A stretch of DNA of 63,420 bases, the filler included, from Salisapilia sapeloensis CBS 127946 (taxonomy: Eukaryota; Protista; Oomycota), in NCBI GenBank assembly GCA_023334545.1. It is 9 parts of 9 records of this genome, joined end to end, with 100 filler letters (N's around TTAATTAATTAA, not from the genome) between each part and the next. Parts side by side here need not be neighbours in the genome. Positions count along the whole stretch, not along the records: positions 1 to 28,043 come from JAADVB010000232.1; 8 more parts are not named here. The stretch is one strand, 5' to 3'. Every line of letters begins with the position of its first letter. Within the stretch, counting starts at the first letter, position 1. Positions 1 through 10,922 of the stretch are shown here, one piece after another. Both the position numbers and the translations under genes were made by a program. The notes beneath the pieces were generated by a model. That model saw nothing but the letters and a program-made list of their open reading frames with translations, had not been told where the DNA came from and made no database searches.

Positions 1-1
1 C

Positions 2-292
2 GAACAAAGCGTCGAACTGACGAGACTGGTTGATCGGGTTCTTTTGCAAATTCGCCATGCGGAAGCGGAACTGACGCCACGCACTTCCACGGTCGTCCTC
101 GTGATGCAGCTCCGACGTACGAGCATTCTTGTTAAAATAGACGTCGGGGTTCGAGTACAGGTATCGCATGGACACAGCCGATGCACTCACGGCTGCGAAG
201 GAGGCGATGAAGACTACTGGAATGGTGCCCTTGTCCGTCGTCCAGAGCTTAAAGACGTTCAATCCAGAGCGTGTGGCACGAAGAGCTACCAT
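2..292 (-). CDS. NDUFA4/B12D (MLRQ-subunit)-like small mitochondrial membrane protein, 3' end beyond window edge
   Basis: ATG at 292 opens MVALRATRSGLNVFKLWTTDKGTIPVVFIASFAAVSASAVSMRYLYSNPDVYFNKNAR...; one hydrophobic helix followed by RYLxxNPDV, as in the NDUFA4/B12D family. It runs off the window without a stop, so it is missing from the ORF track. Confidence 0.7.
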   Translation of the reverse strand, partial: MVALRATRSGLNVFKLWTTDKGTIPVVFIASFAAVSASAVSMRYLYSNPDVYFNKNARTSELHHEDDRGSAWRQFRFRMANLQKNPINQSRQFDALF

Positions 293-293
293 G

Positions 294-320
294 GTTGTTG
301 TTGTTGGTGGTGGTGGTGGT
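294..320. repeat. Compound microsatellite (GTT)4(GGT)5 immediately 5' of the NDUFA4-like ATG
   Basis: Read directly; on the minus strand it is (ACC)5(AAC)4 and ends one base before the ATG. Confidence 0.9.
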
Positions 321-1151
321 TCCAAGTCAATTGGGAAATGAGGTATCGACTGAGACTATATCGAGGATGTCCATGAGCATCGTATCTCGCATTTCGTGTC
401 TCGTGCAGCTTTTCGTGTTTTTGTCGATAGCAGTATGATTGGCTAATATATTGAAAACATGAATATGATTCGTGGAAAGCATGACCAAGTTGAGGCGACA
501 AATTAACTGAATCGCTGCATATCTATTCCCAGCACAAAGAAATGAAGATAGCTGTAAAGTAGTTCTTTAGGAGTATTGAGATGACTTTACACACGAATAC
601 AATAAAAGAAAAGAGTGCGTTTATCTTGTTTAGATGTGCTGGAAGTACATTCGGTTGGAATGGATACGCCTGACGTAGAGTCCAACCCAACGATGGGATG
701 CAGCCGCTATTACCTGTCCCACCAGCCATGGATAAATCCGTTCCTTTCACTTAATCATGGAAGATGACTGTCTGAGCTGAGTCAAACACAGCCATCCACC
801 CAGATAAGAGGATCGGAGATGATTGCCTCAGTATCACAGACGGCTTCTAGTAGTCGTGTAGCTACAATCGGTGATCGATGTATCATCGCATGGAACCTCC
901 TATCTCCCACGCCTCCAAAGACGATGAAGACCTAGGGCTTTCGTAAACCAAACGGCTCACCATTCCTTTCACCATTTACGCACTTGTACTCTCGTCTGCA
1001 ATAGCTCCTGACGTTCAACTAGGAAGCCATGGCCTGACAGACACATTTATAAAAACAAGCAGATTCAAGAGAAAGAAGACTTTATATTCCAAAGAAATTT
1101 ATAACTTGTAAATGAAATAAAACCCCAGGCACTAAACCGATATGACTCTCC

Positions 1152-2789
1152 TTACGCCACCTCCTTTATGTGCTCCTTTTCGTACCGGACGATCGTCGTG
1201 GCTCGAGCCTCGTGCGCCATGCTCTCCCAGCTCAGCTGATACAGCCACACGAGCCCGCTGACGGCGTAGATGCACAGCCCGACGATGTGTCCATACCACA
1301 GTCCGACGATCCCGAGCTCTCCTTTCATGGCAAAGAGGAGACCGAGCGGCACGCCAATGACAAAGGAGCAGGCAAAGTTAAAGAGAGCGCACAGGAACTG
1401 CCGACCACAAGCTCGGAAGACGGCTTGGAAGCCAAAGGTGAAGCCGATGCACGGCACGACGTACATGGCAGTGTCCACGAGGTAGACGGCTGCATCCGCC
1501 GCCTCTTCATTCGGTGTGTAGGCGTAGGCAAACGGACGTGCGATGAGCGGCATGAGCGCCATGCCGATCATGGCGATGGACACGCAGCACGCCATGACCA
1601 TCATCGAGATGATAGATGCACGGCGGGCTCTGCCGGCGCCCAAGGCGTTTCCGATACGCACGGCGCCGGCGAGACTGACGCCGAAGAGCGGCATAATGGT
1701 CAAGGCTGCAAGTGCGACGAAGATGCCGTTGGCACTGATCATGATGTCGGCATGAGGCAGGAGACCCGCAAGGAACGAGATGATTTGGAGACCGATCATG
1801 GAGAAAAACATCATGAGCATGCTAGACATACTGAGCGTGACGAGCGACTTCATGAGCTCAAAGGCACGTCGCGGCTGCCATCCCGGCCAGGCCTGTACGA
1901 AAGCCTCGTTCTTGAGGATGAAAGGGATGAGCACAAGACTCTTGAGGGTCCACTGCACCGGCACGGCGATGGCGATGCCCCAGTAGGACAGAGACGTCTG
2001 GAAAGCCAGGTAGTAGGCCGTGGCGCCGGCGACGAACCAGCCGACGCCAGAGCTGATGACGTACGGCATGATCAGGTTCTGAGCCTGCAGAGCACTGCGG
2101 ACGGCACAGGAGACGATGGCAGGAGGCATGACAACGCTCGTGACGACCATGAGTCGACCGGAGAGATCGGCGATCGACGGGTCTTGGCCTAATGCCTTGA
2201 GCAGCGGAGCGCCGTTGAACATGACGGCGAGGAAGAATGGGAGGCAAATTGTGTAGAGGATGAGACCTGCTTGTGTGAATAACCAGAGCTCGACGAGTCG
2301 ATTCGCACCAAAGGCATGGGCCGACTTGGTGTCGACGGCGGACCCGATGCCGCCGATAATACACCCGATGAGCACCTGGATGATCAGGTCCTGGAGCTGG
2401 AAGCTAGCTAGAATCTCGGTACTGTGCTCTGCGTCCGTGTGTCCGATCATCATGCCGAGCGCCATGCCCGGCAGGAACTCGAGTGCCATGGCAGCCATCA
2501 TGGGCACGGACAGCGAGCCGAGGAACGTGGCTTCTTCCCCCGCGATGGCCCAGGACGATCGCTCTGTGTCTGCCTTGTTAGCTATCTTTTCCTCGTTCTC
2601 GAGAAGCGCTTCGACGGCACTTGCATCGTTCGAATAGTCCGTCGGACCAGTGGACGTGACTGGGGACACCAATGGCGTGCCTTCCGATGCACTCTCTCGT
2701 ATGTGTTCATAGGCTTGGGCGACGTGTTGATCCTGCTTTTCATCGAGCTCGTGGAGCAGCAGATCATGGGCAGAGCGACCGACTTCCAT
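1152..2789 (-). CDS. MATE family multidrug/toxic compound extrusion transporter (intronless)
   Basis: About 545 aa with about 12 hydrophobic segments and MATE motifs (DTKSAHAFGA, AVRIGNALGAGRA, QAVFRACGRQ, LGIVGLWYG). The first ATG is at 2789; the ORF track start at 2813 is TTG. Confidence 0.9.
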   Translation of the reverse strand: MEVGRSAHDLLLHELDEKQDQHVAQAYEHIRESASEGTPLVSPVTSTGPTDYSNDASAVEALLENEEKIANKADTERSSWAIAGEEATFLGSLSVPMMAAMALEFLPGMALGMMIGHTDAEHSTEILASFQLQDLIIQVLIGCIIGGIGSAVDTKSAHAFGANRLVELWLFTQAGLILYTICLPFFLAVMFNGAPLLKALGQDPSIADLSGRLMVVTSVVMPPAIVSCAVRSALQAQNLIMPYVISSGVGWFVAGATAYYLAFQTSLSYWGIAIAVPVQWTLKSLVLIPFILKNEAFVQAWPGWQPRRAFELMKSLVTLSMSSMLMMFFSMIGLQIISFLAGLLPHADIMISANGIFVALAALTIMPLFGVSLAGAVRIGNALGAGRARRASIISMMVMACCVSIAMIGMALMPLIARPFAYAYTPNEEAADAAVYLVDTAMYVVPCIGFTFGFQAVFRACGRQFLCALFNFACSFVIGVPLGLLFAMKGELGIVGLWYGHIVGLCIYAVSGLVWLYQLSWESMAHEARATTIVRYEKEHIKEVA

Positions 2790-3562
2790 CGGTACTAGTG
2801 GGCAAATCCGCAAGTGAACTAGAGGATCTGCTCAGAACGGTTGAGTAGTCTCACTTGTGTTGACTATGGGATGAGTCGCCGCTGATTCGTTTCAAAACGA
2901 GCGTCGTGTATACGCAATCTGGTGTATACGCAATCGGACCGGTGGACAGGTACTTGTCGGAATGGGAGTCGAGGATACGAGGGGCGAATCGTAACGCGGA
3001 CGATATGGGTCTTTGGTGTAGAACGATATCTTTATTTATTGTTGGAGTGACAGGTAAATGCTATTGGATGGGTATGCTAATGGGTTCATTGTCGACTAGA
3101 CCTTGGATCCAGATGGGAAGGGGGATCCTCCTAAAGTGTTTTACCCACTACGAGGGATTCAGTAGTCGTCTTGTGACACGTTCGGGTGGCTACAGCAGTC
3201 ATGGAGTGATGTGACTGCTTCAAGACGGCTCGAGAAAGAGAGCTCGCATAGCGATCATCCCTTCCGAGATGGCATGCATTAAGAATGAGAAAGTAGAAAG
3301 TTAGGACATCTTATTCGCCGTTGTCTAATTGTACGTCTTGTAGATGCGGTCGAGTTGCCATCATTCAGCATCCGACAAATTTCAGTTGAGTGTATTAGAG
3401 AGTGCTGAAACTGCTTCTGCGAACGCACTCATATTGGCATTGACGGTCGACAGCATAGCCTACAGACCGCATCAGACAGCGCTTTCGATCGTAGATAGAA
3501 CAATAGAGGCGTACGTCTGCCGTAAAGGTCTTGACGCCGCACAAATTCATACCGTGTTCGCG

Positions 3563-3713
3563 CTAAAGACCGATTCGGTAACATGGGACATACGCATTCT
3601 AACATTCGATTCATGAGAATCCAATCGGCAAACTCTGCCTTTGTTGAGAATAGCCGATATTGATGTGCCACCTGCATTCAAAGCCCAACGTAGCACTCTG
3701 ATATAGCTTTCCC
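3563..3713 (-). repeat. Dispersed repeat family A, copy 1
   Basis: The reverse complement aligns almost without gaps to 28148-28298, about 70% identical by hand count (shared GGGAAAGCTATAT and TCGGCTATTCTCAAC). Confidence 0.8.
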
Positions 3714-4268
3714 ACCATAGGTAGAGTACAAGAGCAAGTGATATGTACCGTCGATAGAGATGCGGCTTTATATTGTTCACGCATCTTGCCTTTCGTGCTC
3801 CATGCTCTACTATAAATGACGTTTCCATTGCCACTCTTTTTGTAGCATGAGCTGTGTCAAACTTGCAACATGCAAATGGCGCTTTCGGAGCACATTAGGC
3901 CGGAAACAGAACACCCTTCGACATCATCTACCTTTTTCGTTGGTGGGGAAAAGAGCGATGACCGAAGCGTAATACCGAGTTCAACTTTTACGTTTTTGTT
4001 TTCATAATGTGTATCGTTCTTGAATCACCCTCGATTATCTGCTCAACGAGCATGACCTTAAACTCTGCTATATTGATCGACTGGAATGTGTACTGGTTAC
4101 CCAGTCTCTAGACTATCCGCTATCCTTTCTAGTAGTCTATCCAAAGTGTATACCATCCACTTGAGGCATCTGCTTCCCCCAAGCCTTGGCGTCACTTGGA
4201 CGAGTCGATGGTAACTCAGCCAAACACACTTTTGCAATTACACAAGTGTATATTTGCACATTTGCAAA

Positions 4269-5338
4269 ATGGCGACGGAAGCCGTGTGGACGCCGAGCGT
4301 GGCGGTGGAGAACGCGCACGAGAAACCCATTTCGAGTGCCAAGTTCTCTCGATGCGGACGGAACCTCGCTACATCATGTGCGTCCGCCTTATCGTCCACA
4401 TCCAAACCTGTTCTAATCAAGAGCTTTGTGTATGAACAGCGGCGGATGGCAGCGTGCGTATTTGGTCGACGCCAGAGAGCCCATCAGCGTCGATGGATGC
4501 TATAGCGACACTAAAAGGTCATGAGGAAGGTGTTTCGGACGTGGCGTGGTCACCAGATGCGTCTCTCCTAGCGTCTGCTTCGGATGACAAGACACTTCGC
4601 GTTTGGGACGTCGCCGCGAGTGAGTCGCTGCTCGTCCTAGGGGAACCTCGCTCGACCTTTTCGTTTCTGTCCCCCACTCGTGTCGAGAAGCCTCCATCGG
4701 AAGACAATGTAGGACACAGCGACGTGGTTTTTAGCACCGATTTCAATGCCCAAGGTTCTCTCCTCGCCAGCGCTTCGTTCGACGAGAGCATCAGGCTGTG
4801 GGACGTCCGCACAGGTCGCTGCGTCCGACACCTCGTGGCCCATCAGTCTGCCGTCACGAACGTGTCTTTTAGTACGGACGGATCGCTGCTAGTCACGAGC
4901 AGCTACGACGGACTCGTGCGCGTGTGGGACGTGGCGTCTCAGCAGTGCATGCGGACGCTCTACCTCGAGCCTCCTCCGTCTCCTGCGCCAGTCGGAAGCG
5001 CTGTCTTTGCTCCCAACATGCGCTACGTCCTCAGCAGTGCGTTGGATGGGAAGCTGCGTCTGTGGGATTACGTCAAGGAAAAGGTCGTGCGGACGTATCA
5101 AGGCCACGTGAACGACCGTTTCTGTCTCCGTCCGACGTTCGTTCGAGACGGAGGCAGAGGTACGATTGCCTGCGGGTCGGAAGACGGACGTGTGTGTCTA
5201 TGGGATACTAGCACCGGCGCTGCGACAGAGCTCAAAGGGCATGAGGCACCAGTGCTGGCCCTAGCGAGCCACCCGACGGAGGAGCTCCTGGCGTCTGCTG
5301 GAGGTCGAAAGCTCCAGTTGTGGCAGTGTACAAAGTAG
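4269..5338 (+). CDS. WDR5: WDR5-like WD40 protein (COMPASS component); join(4269..4377,4440..5338)
   Basis: A 62-nt GT-AG intron (4378-4439) links MATEAVW...NLATS to SADGSVRIW. The WD repeats follow WDR5 closely (SASFDESIRLWDVRTG, TSSYDGLVRVWD, GSEDGRVCLWD). Confidence 0.85.
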
Positions 5339-5374
5339 GTGGGAAAAGAGAATCTATTCAAGTGATGCTAGTGC

Positions 5375-8161
5375 CTAGGACGCGTGCTGGAGGTTGCTCA
5401 GGTTTCTTAAATAGCTCAGCGTAAACTGGTTGTCGTCGCACCTGCATTGGATAGATTAGACTAGCAGATAGGAGGGTAAAGAGATGCACGTACACTTTGG
5501 ACAAGTCGGACAGGTGGCTCGAGACACTCTTCTGGAGCGACCGGAGTGGCGCGAGGTACTCGGTCGAGTCCTCTCGTAGTCGATGTCCATGGGCATTCAG
5601 CAGCGCCAAGCTCCACTGCAGATAGAACTCGAGGTGCGGACTCCTGTCTAAGCACTGGCTGAGCATCCCTAGCAACCGCTTCAAATAAGTATCTTTCAAC
5701 GCCTGCGCCACGAGCACTAGACTCTCGATCGGCACGGCTTCCATACACTTTTGAATGAGCTCCGCTTCGTTCAGGTGGAGCGCCATGAGCAGAGCTTTTG
5801 CGAGCTCCTGCCGCTTGAGCGTCCGCTTGATCGACTCGGGCGTCACCTCTTCATCCAGATCGAACGGATCAAAGGTCAACGAGTCGTCGAGGCCGAAGAC
5901 GAGCAGCCCTTCGGTCGTCGCAGCTGCCCAGGACCGGCCGGTCGGGGAGAAACGCACGCACTTGGACAGCACCTCCATGCCCTGTCGACGATTGCCTGGG
6001 TCGACTGCCCGCTTGGCGCCTGCGAGCTCTCTCCCTGGGTTCTTCTCCCCATGCTTCACATCGGCCGTGGCAGCCTCCAACTCCTGCCGACTGACGCCAG
6101 CACTTGTCATGTCCTTGGAGTTGAGCAAGTCCAAGACGCCCTCGAGCGACCGGTTGTGCGAGAGCTGGAACTTTTTCAACAAGAGCTGCTGCGACGTCTC
6201 GTAGATGCACACGAACTTGGAGCGTCCGCCAGCAAGGACGCACGTGCCATCGGCCGAGTAACAGACGCTCGTGAAGTGCTTGGAGATGGAATTGTTCTTG
6301 GCCGAGATCTTGTCGCTCGACTTGCGGCCGCCGACGATGTCTCTCGTGCCGTCGATCACACCCACGCTCTCGCCTTCACGCACGTCCCATACGTTCAGAC
6401 AGCCGTTGAGCGTCGCGGCACACACCTGCTTTCCGTCCGGACGAAAGGCAACCGACAGCACGTCCGTCGAGTGGGCGAGAGGCTCGATCAGCGACTTGTT
6501 CTGATAGACGTTCCACAGCCGGAGCGTGTGGTCCCACGATCCAGACGCCAAGACCGGCTCCGACGACGCGGACGGACTGAAGGCAAGAGACGTGATCGGC
6601 CCTTCGTGGCCGCTCAGGACGTCGAGCAGCCGCCCGGTCTGGAGCGACCAGACGTGGATGTTGAACGGGTCCAAGCTCCCGGCACACACGATCTGTCCGC
6701 TCGGGTCCAACGCCAAGCACGTGAACTGCGTCGGCTCTGGCGTCGTCATCACGCGAAAGTTCTTGTACCGATTTAAGTCGAACGCTCGGACAGTGCCGTC
6801 GAGAGAAGCGCTGACAACGGCCTGGCCGTTCGGAGTGAACTGGACGCCCGTCACCGGCGCACTGTGCTCCGAAAACGTCACGTAGCAGTAGCCAGACGCA
6901 GCGTCCCACAGCTTGAGCTTGGCGTCGTCTGCGCCAGTCGCCAGCAGTCGACCGTCGGGAGAGTAGTCGACGACGTTCAAGTCAAAGTAGTGTCCCTGCT
7001 GCTTGAGCACATACGTCTCACTCTTCCACTCCCACACCAGGAGCTGGCCTAGCTTCTTACTGGCCATGGCCAGCCACGCACCGGACGCGTTCATCGTGAC
7101 GCTCTCGATCTCATTCTGGGAGACGCTGAGCGTATGGACGTTGGTGAACGACGGCGTCTCGTACAGACCAAACGTCCCGTTGGTGAATCCGACCACGAGC
7201 AGGTCGGACGCCGAGTGGAAGGTGCAGCACTGGACCTTGGCGTAGTCCATCTTGAGCACATGCTTGGCCACGGTCTTCCACTTGACGGCACGCGCCATCT
7301 CTGGCGTCTCGTCGTCTTCTGAGTCCGAATCCTCTGGGAGGTCGTAGGCCCAGACAAAGGCAGCTCCATCCCGACCGACGGTGTAGACCTGCGTGTCATC
7401 TGGCGAGAAAAATGCGCCGACAACAAAGTCTCGATGGCCGGCGAGCGTGATCGGGCGGTAGTTGTCGTAGGCGTCGGTCGAGAAGACTCTGGCAGACAAG
7501 TCTTCGGAGCCCGTGACGAGGAACTTGCTGTCGTGAGACCACTGGATCGAAATCACGTCGGCGTAGTGCCCGCCAAAGGTCTTGAAGAGACTGAACGGAG
7601 CGAACTCTCGACGCACCTTGGGGACGTGCCAGAGCTGGACGTTCTTCCCGTGGGAGACGGCGATGTACCGATTGTCAGGCGAGAAGGTGACGGCTCGAAC
7701 GGGCTTTTTGAAGTTGAAACGGTACAGGACGACGCCTTTGCGCAGAGCGATGAGGAGGCAGCGTCCGTCTTCATCGATGGCGAGCAGCAGCCTCGAGTCT
7801 GGCGAAACGGCCAGTCGCTCGACGTTCTTCCTGCTCTCGAACGCAAACGTCCTCGTCGTGTTGCTGTGGACACTAGTTAGAAGTAGTCTCAATAGAATAG
7901 AACCAAGTAGAGGTACTTGATGAGGTCGAATTTCGTGATGCGGTTGCCGACGGGGCTCAGGAGGCTGTTTCCATCCGGTGTGAAGACGACATTCCCTTGG
8001 GAGTAGACGCTGCCACACAAGTGCTGGAACTAGGAGGTGCATAGGCCAATATAAGTAAAAATATTTTACAGAGTGATGCTAGACGAGCTAATGCCTAGAT
8101 GCAAAGCACCAGACTCGTCGAAAGGTGCATGTAGACGACGTACTTGGTAGGCAAACTTCAT
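5375..8161 (-). CDS. PWP2: Periodic tryptophan protein 2 (U3 snoRNP/UTP-B subunit), multi-exon
   Basis: Exon 1 MKFAYQ (8144-8161) splices to FQHLCGSVYSQGNVVFTPDGNSLLSPVGNRI. PWP2 hallmarks include WEWKSETYVLKQQGH, FDPFDLDEEVTP, PHLEFYLQW and terminal exon VCDDNQFTLSYL..., ending at TAG 5375-5377. Confidence 0.95.
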
Positions 8162-8295
8162 GGTCTGCTAGCAGAGCTATTACGCGTTTGATTGGTGTCG
8201 ATGCGTGTCGACCTTTTCATCCAATCCGGAGAGCGAAATATAGATTTAGACCAATCACAGGAAGCCTCTAGACTCTCCGAAGCGAGCACCAAGGG
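8162..8295. promoter_or_regulatory. 134-nt bidirectional promoter (PWP2/RPC34) with three CCAAT boxes
   Basis: ATTGG at 8191-8195, CCAAT at 8221-8225 and CCAAT at 8251-8255, between two divergent ATGs. Confidence 0.65.
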
Positions 8296-9570
8296 ATGGC
8301 GACCAAGAGCACGACGAGCGAGCTCCAGGCGCAGTTCCTGTCGCTACTGAGGAACAGCGGCAGCCCTGTCCCGGACTCGGATGTCCGAGACCACTTTGAC
8401 AAGAGCTATGACCAACTTCCGTCCGTGATCAATGCGCTCATGAGCGAGGTACGACTGCTATCGAGAAGTGTCCGACATGCCGATTGACAGTGGGATTGCT
8501 ACGTGCTGTAGAATAAGATCAAGGTCTTCCAGAAGGGAAACGTGCTGTCCTATGGACTGGTCGGAGCAGAGGAAGCGGAGCGCATGCGAGGTCTATCGTA
8601 CGTCTCTAGAGCTGCTTGTGCCAAGTAGACAATAGCTCACGTCTGGACTGTAGAGTGGAGCAGCGCATGGTGCTGCAGCAGATCGAACGAGCTGGCAACA
8701 AGGGTATCTGGACTCGGGACATTAAGACGCAGACAAACATCCCGCAGGTATGCTACTTTATCCATACACGTCGTTGGCGCTTGGCTCATCGGAGGATTGT
8801 AGCAAATCGTGACCAAGTCGCTTCGGCAGCTGGAGACGCGCAAGCTGGTCAAGTCTGTCAAGTCCATCAGCAGCAAGAACAAGAAGCTCTACATGCTCTT
8901 CGACACTGGTCTCCATCCTATCGTACTAGATGTAGTAGACAAGATGACTGAGTGCCTTTGACTAGTTCCGTCGACCGAGATCACGGGGGGACCGTGGTAC
9001 AATGACCAGGAGTTTGACCATGTATTTATCGACATGCTGAGCAAGTTTGTCTACGAAGTCATCAAGTCGTCCGTACGTCTACCTAGTTTATCTCTCCAGT
9101 CGCATGCTCATCCTCTACGTTGTCCTAGGGCATGTGCACGCTCAAAACCGTCACGGAAAAGGTGCATGCGTCTGGCATCTCTCGAGTGGCGCTTGGGCCA
9201 GACGAGATCCGGTCCATCGTCCAGACGCTCATGTACGACGGCCATGTGGAGCAAGTGCGGTCCGTCCGGTCTGCGCATGGGGTACGATACGATAGTGGTC
9301 TAGCTGATAAACAGTACTCATGCCTTGTCGACTAGTCGCAGAGCGACACCCAGTACAAGGTGTCCAACCAGATCTCGACCTTTAACTACCTGTCGGACAC
9401 GCCATGCGGCATCTGTCCGGTGCGTCTAGTCTAGGGATTAAACAAGGCGTAGGACATGCTAACACAGCTGGATGTAGGTGTTTGACCAGTGCAGAGAAGG
9501 CAACGACATATCGCCCCAGACGTGCATCTACCTGACCAAGTGGCTCGATCTGCCCGATTTAGACTTTTGA
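8296..9570 (+). CDS. POLR3F: RNA polymerase III subunit RPC6/RPC34, multi-exon
   Basis: Spliced reading gives IERAGNKGIWTRDIK, KSLRQLETRKLVKSVKSI...KLYML, PSTEITGGPWY and C-terminal PCGICP|VFDQC...CIYLTKWL (Fe-S Cys motif); TGA at 9568-9570. Confidence 0.92.
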
Positions 9571-9634
9571 ACACGAACAAACACTTGCATTCGTATACGT
9601 ACAAAGTCTATTCTCCTGCTTATTCACTCCTAAA

Positions 9635-10024
9635 TCACTCGGCTTGACGGACCTCCTTCGACATGGATGTCATCTGTAGCTCTGCGTATCGGAACTCGAG
9701 GCCTGCGTGCATTGGGACCTTTGCCGGACGCTCAGGATGGTACAGATCGAAGGACTCGGGTGCGTCCCATAGTGCTTCCTGAACCAGTTGAGGACAGTGG
9801 GACGATAGACGCCGCATCCATATGCCGTACGTCGTGCGTTGGTTGGACGTCGGATGGGTGAGGCGAGGCTTTCCGGTGCTTGACTTGGAAGCCAAATGCG
9901 CAGCTTTATGGAAACGGAAGGACCCATCACGGTCGCTGTCATCATGCTGCAGTCGCATTGACCTTCGCAGGTTAGTGCGGTAGATCTCAGCGTCGGATAG
10001 CGAAGCACATGGAGAAGACGCCAT
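9635..10024 (-). CDS. Hypothetical protein, 129 aa
   Basis: ATG-to-stop ORF filling the space between RPC34 and the next gene; no motif recognised. Confidence 0.45.
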   Translation of the reverse strand: MASSPCASLSDAEIYRTNLRRSMRLQHDDSDRDGSFRFHKAAHLASKSSTGKPRLTHPTSNQRTTYGIWMRRLSSHCPQLVQEALWDAPESFDLYHPERPAKVPMHAGLEFRYAELQMTSMSKEVRQAE

Positions 10025-10242
10025 CGGATCACTGGTCTCTTCCGAGCAAAGGTTCCGATGTGACCACTTGGCTGGACGAGTATTAATAGGTGACGAGCGG
10101 CTTGTCTGAAACGTAGATGCAGTGAGAAGTCTCTACAGGTGATTGTGACGACTCATGTATTCACAGTAGACATGCGAAGACAGAGACTTCAGGATAGCAA
10201 CGACAAATAGCTCTTTGTTTCATTCCAGATTGGCAACCTTTT

Positions 10243-10581
10243 CTACCCTCCCTCGACAGCCTCTTCGTCTTTCGTAGAGTCCCACGCGCTCTGGGTGATT
10301 ACCTTGAGCTCCGTCAAGGTCGATCCCATGTCGTTCATAAGCGTCATAAAGCGATCAATTAGAGTTTGGTCGATTGCAATGAGTGCAGACTTGATAACGT
10401 CGGTCGAAACAGTGAATTTGTGTCGCGGTTCGTAGAAAGCGACGATCACGAGACGTACGGCACGAAGTGAATAGGCCAGCGCTCGTAGGAAGATCAGCAG
10501 GATCTCGAACAGGAAGCAAAAGTAGCCGAACACGACCACTCGACCAAAGGACGTGAGCAGGAGCAGCCACTGCGGCACCAT
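10243..10581 (-). CDS. Hypothetical small membrane protein, 112 aa
   Basis: N-terminal hydrophobic stretch of about 45 aa followed by an amphipathic helical tail; no family recognised. Confidence 0.5.
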   Translation of the reverse strand: MVPQWLLLLTSFGRVVVFGYFCFLFEILLIFLRALAYSLRAVRLVIVAFYEPRHKFTVSTDVIKSALIAIDQTLIDRFMTLMNDMGSTLTELKVITQSAWDSTKDEEAVEGG

Positions 10582-10819
10582 CCTTGAAGAATCAACTTGC
10601 TATTTTAACTTGTTTGAGAACGAAACGAATATAGTCCATAAGACTTGTTAGAAAATACGTGCAGTAGCGATGCATGCTATGCGTATCGTCGAGACATACG
10701 CAAAAGAGATTAATCTCTTCTACCTAGCTACTCTGCCTCCAGTCGGCTGCGCCAAGGTCGACGAGAGCTCCATCCACGGATCGTCAACGGGCGCGACCTT
10801 TCATGACACCCATTTCCAA

Positions 10820-10854
10820 CCAATTGTCGCTGTGTTTTCCAAATTTCGTCCAAT
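10820..10854 (+). promoter_or_regulatory. Pair of CCAAT boxes in a divergent intergenic region
   Basis: CCAAT at 10820-10824 and 10850-10854, upstream of the SANT gene ATG at 10923. Confidence 0.5.
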
Positions 10855-10922
10855 CAGATGCTCTTGAAAGGCGCCAAAAGTGTCCGTTGCGGCCGCCAGC
10901 CGAGTGCAAACGGAAAGTGAGC

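Noticed and set aside
1170-2192. Long opposite-strand or alternative-frame ORFs (also 5751-6776, 52660-53421, 56854-57591, 61561-62457)
   Set aside because: They are shadow ORFs of GC-rich or repetitive real genes, with no protein motifs of their own.
3382-3784. Possible four-exon 68-aa microgene (MREQYKAASLST|VAHQ...MLEC|TFTAD|AMLSTVNANM...TLN*) with a loose Dad2-like spacing
   Set aside because: The splice sites are canonical, but 3563-3713 is homologous to repeat copy 28148-28298 across both supposed exon and supposed intron, and the conserved Dad2 NW motif is missing. RNA-seq junctions would be needed to revive it.
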